Shown: positions 51,456 to 61,900 of the stretch, piece after piece | Layout of the letters: every line of letters begins with the position of its first letter | Position numbering within the stretch: position 1 is the stretch's first letter | DNA from: Azolla caroliniana | Lineage: Eukaryota > Plantae > Polypodiophyta | DNA length: 64,000 nucleotides | Assembly: GCA_043228905.1 (NCBI GenBank) | Contig: JBHGNT010000012.1 | Location: forward strand, 21,204,001-21,268,000 | Reading direction: 5' to 3' | Position numbers and translations under genes: made by a program | The notes under the pieces: generated by a model | The model's input: the letters and a program-made list of their open reading frames with translations, nothing else | Told to the model about the DNA's origin: nothing | The model's database searches: none

Positions 51456-52700
51456 TGTCGTGCCTTTCGGCTCCGGATCGTTGTGTGAGTCGGGTGGGAA
51501 CCACTGAGGTTTTGGACTAGGAGAAAGAAGAGTATGATATAAGGCTAGTTATGAATAGGTAGAAAGATAAGTAAGGAATAAAACTTGTAAATCCCACGTG
51601 TTTAGTGTATTTAATCACTATTTAGATTGTAAGAAAGAGAATTTTGATGATAAACTCGTGAATCCCACGAATATATTAGATTGATCAATCCTTGTAAAAT
51701 AATCAACAACATCATACATCTTTCTCTCCTCCTTATATAAGGATGGAAGAGGCTAAGCATAGCTTCATGCTTTTTCTAAAGTGTTCATGTACACTAAATG
51801 TGCATGAGTTGCTTTTTACACTATGCTTTTATTCCTAAATATAGTGCTCATGCTCACTAGATGTGCACGAGTAATTTTTTATTGGTCTACATTTTTCTTA
51901 TAAATAAAGTATTCACACATTCTAAAAATGCATGACTTACTTTTTAATAAAGGTAGGCATAAATAAAGGTCTTATACATATTAAATCTACATTTAGAACA
52001 CTTTGGATAAGTTAGTACAATGGTAAGGTTGGGGTCTATCTACATGGAGGTATAGGGTTCCAATTTTTCCCTATGCATGTAACAATCTTTTCTTCTATTT
52101 ATAAATTTGTCTCTTTATCCGGTGAGAGACTCTCACTGGCCTTCTTTATCCGGTTCTTGCCGGTTTTGCTTGATCTGGTTCTTACAGGGTCTCCTTACCG
52201 GGTCCTCCTTGCCGGTTCTCACCGGTTCTCCTTACCGGGTCCTCCTTACCGGTTCCTCCTTGTCCCATTCGGAGGAACAAAAATGCATTTTTCACGTAGT
52301 GTGCGAATTACACTACGACAACGTAAATATCTCTTTGTCATGGTCGAACTGGATTATTCAATTCAAGATTATCTAGTGGTTGTAAACGAGTCGTGCTCGC
52401 CATTGATGGGCCACCAATGTTCCATTCGAATTGATTTTGTAGTAGCAATACCCCCGCAAAGTAGTTATCTAATATCGTACGTTGATGATTAAAGAAGTTA
52501 TCCCACCATTCCACATCCTAATCACCAACATACTTTTTGGTTCTCTCAATATTTTTTGTGTTTTCCCTCAAGGCACCACATCCAATATATCTTTTGCCCT
52601 TCAATTGAACTAGTAGTACTCAATCTTTTGTGGTTGTCATAGGGAATTTGTTCTGCACCATAGATTACTGCATATAGGAAATGCAATAAGATCCTACATC
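51456..52700 (-). mobile_element. Ty3/gypsy 3' end: decayed integrase tail, 3' UTR, PPT and LTR (51456-52084)
   Basis: LTR reads TGTTACATGCATA...AGGCACGACA on minus and is homologous to 59851-60526. Purine tract AAATAGAAGAAAAGA lies immediately upstream. Frame LLQNQFEWNIGGP...LQPLDNLELNNPV resembles an integrase C-terminus. Confidence 0.75.
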
Positions 52701-53510
52701 CGTCTTGTGGCTCTCATTGCGAACTAGATGAGTATTGTTTGGCATACAACATCATCTGGTTGTGATCGACCGTACTTTTTTGGATGAGGAAGACGTGGTA
52801 CAAGCCATCTTGAATGCCCCGGCCCCCACCACGGTCAAAGCACTCAGGCAATTTCTGAGCCAAATACAGTGGCATAGTCGTATGCTCCGATACCTTGCCG
52901 ATTCCGCGACCCCTTTACATGCAGCAGTCCATAAGGCACCCTTTCGATGGACAGAACGAGAGGACACGACATACCAATCACTAAAAGTCATGTTGTCCCA
53001 AGCCCTAGTAATCCAACCCGCGAATTGGACAGAGCCCTTTCACGTATTCGTGGACGCATCCAATATCGCGATCGGTAGTGCTTTAATGTAGAAACCCCAC
53101 CAACTTGGTATCGCCCAGTCTCAATAGCAGAAAGGAATTACTCCACCATGGAATGAGAAGCACTCGGCATGATATATAGCGTTACGAAATTTTGGCACTA
53201 TTTGCTTGACCGAAAATTCACGTTCCACGTAGATCATTTGGCACTACTTTACGTTGTAAATAAGCAAGCTCTGACTGGTCGGTTAGCACGATAGATGTTG
53301 CTCCTTCAGGAGTTTGATTTTGAAATTCAACACCGACTAGGCGTTCAACACGCAATTGACGAATCTCTTAGTTGCTTGGACACGGGAGAATCGTCGAACC
53401 AGGACCACGATGACTTACCGGACGTCGCCCTATTCTCCACTGAAACAACACCCATTGACTCTAATCCTAACAACACATGGATCACCGAAATGACACAATT
53501 CCTGAGTACG
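52700..53510 (+). mobile_element. Ty3/gypsy element A: RT end and RNase H
   Basis: PFHVFVDASNIAIG, AERNYST, FTFHVDH, GRLAR*MLLLQEFDFEIQHR. Confidence 0.9.
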
Positions 53511-53511
53511 G

Positions 53512-56500
53512 TTTCATGAAGATTCCGGGCCATAGGCGGAAATGGTGTGAAACACACGGGAACACGGGTGTGCGCGAGTGCACATCCCTACCGAATTAAA
53601 TTATGTAAATACTAGGTATTGGTAGATAAGGGGTGCTAGGTAGTTAGAGCATTAATAGGAGTTCCAACATCGCGTAGGGGGGAGAGTTACGAGGAGAGAG
53701 AATCAAGGAGAGAATCTGGGGAGGATAGTGATAGGTCTTGAAGGCTTTTGTAACGATCGCTCCTTGCGCTATAAAAGGGGCAGCCTCAGATTGGTTTAGG
53801 GAGAGGCATCTAGAGGAGAAGAAGAGGAGCAGATGGCTCTGATCCGGTTGTAATTTTTTACCACGCCATGCACACATTTTTTATTAATATAACCCTATCT
53901 ACTTAATACTAGTTGTTCACCGCGTCTCTAACTGTCTGTCTGTCTGTGTCTGTCTGTGGCTATGCACGTCTCCTTCTGTCTTTCACTACAGTTCTCTGTC
54001 TACCCGCGGTCTCGGTGCCTACGCGGAGGGCGGACTCCCCCCCCCCCCCTCACTTCCCTGATTCCTTGGTTCAAGACCCCCGTGGTCCTGCCCCATTTCT
54101 ACGCATCCGCGCGGATATCCACGACATCTTTGGTGAACCCGACCTGAAAGGGGGCAACAAAGGAATCTGAAAAATGAGAGGTACAACTACGATGACTCAC
54201 TCCGACTGTCGAGAAAGAACTTTGTGGATTGGGTTAACAGCCCTAACAAGGGTCATAGTGCTTCGGTGCTCCTCCAAGAGTTCGAGTCGCGTTTCACACA
54301 GCTCTCTATGTTGGAACAGACCGTGCTCGAGACGAGCAAGGTCCTGTTGTTCGTTACATCGTTCGATTTGCACGTCCGCGAAAGCGTGGGTCTTCTTCTT
54401 ACGACCGACTGGGCTACTGTCAAAGAAGTGTGTGGCAAGATCGAAAAACGAAGAGACTGGAAAGAGAAGGGGTCCTTGCCGGCCGGACCAGTTGTCAAAA
54501 TTAGGGCTGAGCCAACGCCGACCCGAACGGAAGAAGCGAGGAGGGGGCTCGAGTTGGGCCCGCCCCAGGCAAACTAGTCGTTGGCCATTCAGGCGACGCA
54601 GGACTCTTGGAAGAACTAACAAGGATGGTGTGCGACCTCCAGATCGCCCACGCTCGACGAAGTGATGAGGGTCAACCACGCGACCGGCGACCGCCGGCCA
54701 ACCAAAGGTGCATATGGTGCGACGCCATCGGACATGCCCGGAGGGATTGCGTCGACTTCGGCGAAGCACTTAGGAGTAATGTGATTTATCTTTCGAATGG
54801 CAGGATTCATGCGAGCGACACGCGAAGAATGCTTGACGTAAATTTCGGACGGGATGGCATGAAGAGGTTAATGGGAGAGGCTGCGATGCGGCACGTCGAA
54901 GCCATCCACTACTTGACTTCGGTTGGCATCCGCGTACGCGAAAAGGTGGCTAAGCCCAATACAAAACCCGGGTTGTAGCCGGTGGTACTCAAGACCTTGT
55001 CCGGGGGGAGGCGGCAGAAGGAAGAAGCGGACTGCGCGGAGGAGCGTCTGTGCGAGGTCACTGGCTGGAGTGACCCAGTTGAAGAAAACATCGGCTTTGT
55101 GGAAGCCGCGTGCAAGAACTACGAAGCTCTGATTGACGAAAGCGAACCGGAAAGAACGGGGGGGTGGGCCCTTCGAGGAGGTATGACACCCGAAGCGGGC
55201 CCAAGAGGCACGATGCCACTCCAACCGGGTCCCAGGAGAAGGAAAAGGGCAGGGGTCCGAGCTTCCGATTAAGCTCGGAGATCGAGAAAACGATGAACCT
55301 ACAAAAGGTTCTAGAGGAGCGAGTTCTCGACAATCGCATAGAACTCACACTAAGGGAAGTGATTGGAATAGCGAGAAGGGAATTCCACGATAGCATCGTG
55401 GATCTCATAAAAAGAAAACGTGTCACGACGGAACCAGAGCCTGAGAAGCCGGTTGAAGTAAGGGCGGCACTCCTCGACGAGATGGCCACAGAAGACGAGC
55501 TTACGGAAAGCCACTACGCCAGGCCACATTGGACAAGAGCAACTACGGAAACCCCGGTTCGCATCGGGGACATGAAGGAACCAGTGGTAGCATTGATAGA
55601 CCATGGGTCAGAAATCAACCTGATGTTTATGGACTTCTACAAAAGGGGGAAATGGTCGATCAACACAAAACACGGGTGGAAGATACGCGCGGCTACGAGA
55701 GCCACGAAAGAACTACATGGGGCTTGCCTGAACATCAAAGTGAGTGTCGGAGACGTCAACATAAACCAACACTTTTTCGTGCAAGAGACGTCTTCCCACC
55801 CGTTCATCCTCGACGAACCATACATCACAGCGTCTAGAATGGAGACGAAAGTGTTGGACAATGGCTTGGCTTACACAAGGGTAAAAAATCAAGACGGCCA
55901 TCATTCCGTCCAATTTTTGACGGTGAGGAAGAATCACGAGCGGAACCGGGACACCCTCGGAAGTAACAACCGGGCAGATTTTTAGAAAAGGCTATCAAGG
56001 TGTGGGGCCGCGATGGTCCAAATGGCCGGAAAATTCCCCACACTTGTAATATAGGTAGGAAAATTTTGTTTTCCGACAACGGGGTTTGTACCATAACCAA
56101 CATTAGTGGCCGAGAAAGGAAACAGGCAGAGATGCTCTTAAAGGCGTTCGGAGCATTGAGCCACGACGAAAGGATTGGGGAAGCCATGGAGGCAGTCTCG
56201 TTTGATGACACCCTTGGAGAAATTGGGAGGGTAGTCGAAGGAGGCCTAAGCGAAGACAGGGTCATACCAGTAAACTCGGTCGACATGTACGAAGTCATCG
56301 AGGGCTTTCAAAGGGAAACTAGTGTGCATCAAATCGCCTGAGTAGACACCAAGTACAAGATTGTGGACCAGAAGGTGAAGCCAATCGTGGCTCCCTTACC
56401 TAAGGGCAGCTGGGAACGAATAAAGGGGGTCGCTGCCGACCCCAACTTGCGAGATCCGGCCTACATAGGACACCGTTTTACCAACAAAACGCTACAAGAG

Positions 56501-57990
56501 CCGAAGATCTGTGGGGAAGGCTTCCTACTTTTGGTAGAAGAGGACCGGTTCAGGAGGATGCTCGAGAGACACGGGAAAGGCTTCACATTCTCGTTGGGAG
56601 AGATTGGGTGCGTCGACCCGACCATTGGCGAACCAATGGTTATCTTTACAGTGTTGCACGTGTCGTGGAGTCTCAAGCCAATTCAGGTACCGAGAGCTCA
56701 CATGTCGATGCTAATGGAGCTCCTTAAGCAGAAAGTGGAACTAGGCATCCTTGAACCGTCGACTGCCCCTTGCTCTTACCGGTGGTTTACGGTGCCGAAG
56801 AAGAACGGTACACTGCGCTTCATCCAGGATCTACAAGCGGTCAATAAAGTGACCATCTGCAATACGGGAGTCGGACCGTCGATGGATGAGTTCGTGAAAG
56901 CCTTCGTCGGAAGGTCCGTATACTCGGTCGAAGACCTATACTTAAGGTACGACCAATTCCGGATAGCCGTAGAAAGCAGGGACATCACGACGATGCGAAC
57001 CCCTCTTGGCCTAGTTCGAATGTGCACCCTACCGCAGGGAGGAACCAACTCGGTTGTCCACATGGTGAACGCAATGAATAGAGTTCTGAGGGACTGCATC
57101 CCAGACATCACCATGTCATTGCTGGATGACATCCCTATAAAAGGATGTACAAAGTACACAAAGGATGAATCGATCGGAGCGGACGAGTGCCGAAGGTTTG
57201 TCATAGACCACATCTCCGACTGTGAGAAGATACTACAGAGGCTCGATGGTGCGCGGCTTACCTTCTTTGGGGAGAAGTCGGCCTTCGGATAGCCAGAGAT
57301 CCTAGTGGTTGGCCACCTGTGCGGGTTGTATGGCCGGAACCCATCCCTGGCCAAGGTAGAGGCCATCGCGACAATGGAGGAGGAGTGCGGATCCGTCACG
57401 GAGGTCCGACGTTTCCTGGGAGCATGCGCCTTCTACCACATATGGATCCCTCATTACGCGCACATCGTTGAATCACTCTACGACCTGCTAAAGAAGAGCA
57501 GGAAATTCGAATGGGTAGAAGAACATACCGAGGCGGTCCGGAGGCTAAAACGAATGTTTACCGCAACGCCAGCTTTGCGCAAGGTAGTATACACACCGAC
57601 GACTCCGGTTTACATCACGGTGCACACCAGCCCGACCGGAATTGGGTGGGCTGTAAATCAGGAGGACGAAGACGGCACGCGCTTCCCTATCCGGTTCGGT
57701 GCAAAGGTATTGAGCGAGCGACAACGAGGATACGCCCAAGTCAAGCGCGAACTATGGGGTATCATTTCGGCGGTTAAGGTCGACAAGGACTACTTAATCA
57801 GGACAGAAATAATCATAGAAACGGACTACTTGCTAATTCTCGGCATGGTCTCCGGATGCACAACTCCCGACCTGGCCATGCTAAGGTGGATTGCGTACAT
57901 CAAGTCCCTGAACCCAGAGATATGACACATCTCAGGAAAAGAGAACGCCATGGCCGATATGCTTTCTAGAGCGAGGTTCGACGACGAGGA
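53512..57990 (+). mobile_element. Ty3/gypsy element B nested in A: 5' LTR (~53512-54126), tRNA-Trp PBS, gag, protease, RT, RNase H
   Basis: LTR ends CCACGACA. PBS TGGTGAACCCGAC at 54131. Zinc knuckle CIWCDAIGHARRDC, protease ALIDHGSEIN, RT LPQGGTNS/LLDD, RNase H KRELWG, ETDY and NAMADMLSR. Confidence 0.92.
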
Positions 57991-59710
57991 CAGCCAACGG
58001 ATGGGACAACCAAATGAGCGCGACCGCATGCCTCACCAGCCGATCCTTCCCTTGGAACCATTCCAAAAATGGGGCTTGGATTTCGTACTCCTTTTTAGAT
58101 TCCTCGCCACACACATCGGAAACAAATATATACTAGTAGCAACCGATTACTATACGAAATGGGTCGAAGCAAAAGTGCTTCGAGATAACATGGCAGCATC
58201 GACCGCAAAATTCATTTACAAAAATTTATGGTGTTGTTTTGGTTGTCCAATCGAGCTAGTAAGTGATCAAGGAGGACACTTCGTCAATCGAATCATATGT
58301 GAATTAACCTCCCACTACCCCGTCGTACACAAGAAAAGCACCCCGTACTACCCCCAAGCTAATGGTTTTGCCGAATCCACAAATAAAACCCTTCAGACCA
58401 TTCTTAAAAAAATCGTCAATGAGAATTGCATGGATTGGGACAATAAATTACACAATGCTTTATGGGCTTATCGCACGTCCTTTAAAATAAGTATTGGCTC
58501 AATGCCTTTTCGGCTAGCTTTCGGATTAGAAGCCTTAATGCCCATTGAATTCTAGGTACCCAACTTATGAGTACAAATAGCTGAATGATTACCGGAATCC
58601 GAATCCGAACACTAGCATCTGGTTAAACTGCTCGAACTCGGAGAACAACGAATTACCAATTTGGCTCAATTGGAGCACGGCCAGAGACGAAGGAAAGCCT
58701 TCATCGACAGACATTGTCGGATACCAGACAAAACTTATGAAGTCGGGCAGTCTGTCATGGTTTTCCAAACAAAACTCAGGGTTATGCCCGGCAAGCTTCG
58801 ATTCTGGTGGATAGGGCCCTTCTGGATCATCGACACGTACAACGACACCTTTCAACTCGGCACACTAGTTGGTGAAGCACTGCCGCATTCGGTCAACGGG
58901 TTTCACTTGAAACCGTACCATGGAACAATACCACCTAACCCCTTTACCAACCAATGACACGATTTCGACCAAACGATGGTAGGTGGAACAGAAGATTACG
59001 AGGGTATCACGCCTCGATTACGGTAACAACCCTACTTACTGTCCACGTGTACAATATTATTATGAAAAAAGAAAAAGAAAAAAAGAGACCCACTCACTAT
59101 TTAAAGCCAAGGTACGATGTTCAAGAAAAGCAAGTACAAATGGTTCACACGACGCGTGGCCCTTAACACTCAGCATGGCATGCAAGATTCAGAATCTAGG
59201 GCTCAAGGGCACGTCTCGAGAACCGAGGCACCCACACAAAAACATCACCTACAGCTGGAGCCACCACACTTGCAAGAAGTCTCAAGCCAGAACTGCTCTC
59301 ACTCGCCTACTCTCTCTAACCAAGCTTTCTCTCGTTCTCCATCTCCATAGCCTTCTCCCTATCTACCTGACTCTCCAGCCCTCACCATGCCGCTCGAAGT
59401 ATCTAAAGAACTCCGCACTTGGATGTCCATACACGGCCTCTCAAGATATCTCAACGTCTATGATGCACCTCCCCACCCAAAAGCTCAGGCCATCACTAGA
59501 AGGATCCACCCTAACACCATCTCCAACAACATGATCTGAGCAACGCTTCATCTGCAGGGGGGGGGGGGGGTGAGCACGATATCGACGTGCCACCTCAACA
59601 CATCTTGGAGCAGCGTATTCACTCTCAGGAAAAGCTGATCGCATGCATGGAGGTCCCAATGAGTTCTTTGGGAACCTAACCCATCTCCTCCTTGAGTACG
59701 TTTGCATCCA
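57991..59710 (+). mobile_element. Ty3/gypsy element A continued: integrase and 3' extra region
   Basis: PFQKWGLDF, YILVATDYYTKWVEAK, SDQGGHF, YYPQANGFAE, ALWAYRT, WIGPF, VNGFHLKPY. Confidence 0.9.
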
Positions 59711-59850
59711 CGCAAACCCCTACAGCATGCCGAAGAAAAAAGCAGGATTGATTATTATGGTATCGTAGTGTATTTCGTACACTACTTGAAAAACGTATAA
59801 AATAACCGATTGAATAAATATGAAGAAAAAGAAAGAAATATCAAAATATA

Positions 59851-61900
59851 TATTACATGCATAAGGCAAAATTCGAACCGTGTACCTCCATGTTAATAAT
59901 TTGAAGCCTTACCATCATACTAACACATTATAAGAGTTAAAAAGTAGCCCATATAGAAAGGTAATTTCACGTATATTTTCTAGGAAAAGCTTTAGTTAGA
60001 AGAAAAACGCATGATAGAAAAAAGTTACGTCTAGCGTGCATGAGCACTATAGTTGATAAAAACGCATGAGGTTAGAAAAAGCATGATCACTTTTAGAAAT
60101 AAAAGCATGTTAAAAAAAGCATATAGTCTATAGTTAGAGAAAAAACATGGATTGCTAAGACTCTCTCATCACTATATAAGGATGGGGAGCACAATGTAAT
60201 AGAGGAGTGTGAAAACTTTGGAAATTGGATATATTTCTAAAAACACCAATTAATCAATTATATTCATGGGATTCACGAAATAAACTATACTCGTGGGATT
60301 CACGAGGTTTCTATATCTCTCTCTTTCAATCTAAATTCATATTCTTATCTTAATATTGATTAATCTAATAAAATACATTATACTCGTGGGATTCACGAGG
60401 TTTTTATATCTCTTTCTTAAAATCTATTCATAACTAGATTCGTCTCAAATTCTTCCTCCTCCTAGTCCAAAACCCCAACTGTTCCCAGCTGACTCATGCA
60501 ACGACTCAGCGCCGAAAGGCACGACACAAGTGGTGAAACCAACATGAAGATGAGTGGCAAGGAGATGGAGGATCAACAAGAGGCAATGACCATGATGACC
60601 ATGATGCTCAACCACATACTACAAGAACAACGCTTGATGTCGGAGATCAAATCGGCAGTAGAGCATCTTGTGCAAAGAAACGGGCAATTCAACGGAAAGG
60701 ATGTGTCACGTTATCTATGTCACTACAAGGAGGCGATGATGTGGTGTGGGATACCGGAAGGATTACAAGTGATATTCTTCAGTCGGGTGGCCACGGATGA
60801 GCTACAAAAGAGAATCCACAAGATACGACAACAAAACCCGACATGGGGGTTCTTTGAAGAAGCTTTACAAGAGGCATATGACTATGAGAGACCGAAGGGA
60901 TGAGATCGACACAAGTCTGACTAGTAGGTGGCATCGGCGAAGATCCACCAAAGTGCGACACAAGCATTCCTAGAGTTCGAGCATCATTTTGCTCAACTCT
61001 CGGAGTGGGAACAATGATTGGTGGGAATGGATAAAGTCCTAATGTTCGTAAGATCGATCGATCGGAAAGAAAGGATGGACATCGGGATTGAACTTGAAGA
61101 TGATGATGGTGCAAATGGCCTCACCGAGGATTGGGCCGAAGTCGAATGAGTATGCCGAAGACATGATACGAGGAAGACGAGAATCTCGTTGGCATCATCA
61201 TGGTCCATGAGAGATGATCGATTGAGAATGAATGATGTGGCCGATATGAAGGCCGAAATACAATATGATGGTACTACGCGAGAGGGTGTGGAACAAGCTA
61301 TCCTCTTGTCTAGTGAAAGAACGATAGCCAAAGATAAGGCCGATGACTTGAGAGTGGCGAACACCAATTCAAGGGTGGAAGAAGGTTTCGGGATACGATT
61401 TTCTGAAACATCGAGTGAAAAAGGGGTAAGCATAATCGATGCTTGCACGATCGAGGAGGGCAAAGAGTGTGAAGCCTATGGAGTTGAAGAGATAACCACG
61501 GATAACGACATTGAGGTGATGGAGGCTAAGGATGATTCGATGGAGGACAGTAATGTCGAGGATTCCTTCCCACTAATTGTAGAGACTTCGGCAGTTGCAT
61601 CTAAGAGCCAAAATGAGACCAAAGAGACGGAAGGTGGCAGAGAGGAAACAAAGGTTGAAGCCAATGCATGTGACGGAGAAATAGTCGAGAAGGTGGCTAT
61701 GGATGAGTCAATGACGGATGGTCGAGACAAGACTCTCCCAACACTAATTCCAGAGATTTCGGTGGTTGTGTTCAAAAAGAAACGTGAGACTGAAGAGACA
61801 AAAGGTGGCGGAGAGAAAACGAAGGTCGAAGCCGATGCATACTGTGAAGTCGATTTTTGCTCATAGGAAAAGACTGTGACAAATACATTGGATGCGAAGG
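59851..61900 (+). mobile_element. Ty3/gypsy derivative: LTR (59851-60526), degenerate tRNA-Trp PBS, gag N-terminus and acidic extension, no pol
   Basis: LTR homologous to 51456-52084. TGGTGAAACCAACATGA at 60531. FNGKDVSRYL and EFEHHFAQLS...KVLMFVRSID...LTEDWAEV match the gag of element B. Confidence 0.8.

Noticed and set aside
59387-59401. MPLEV start shared with PHT1
   Set aside because: No similarity beyond five residues; coincidence.
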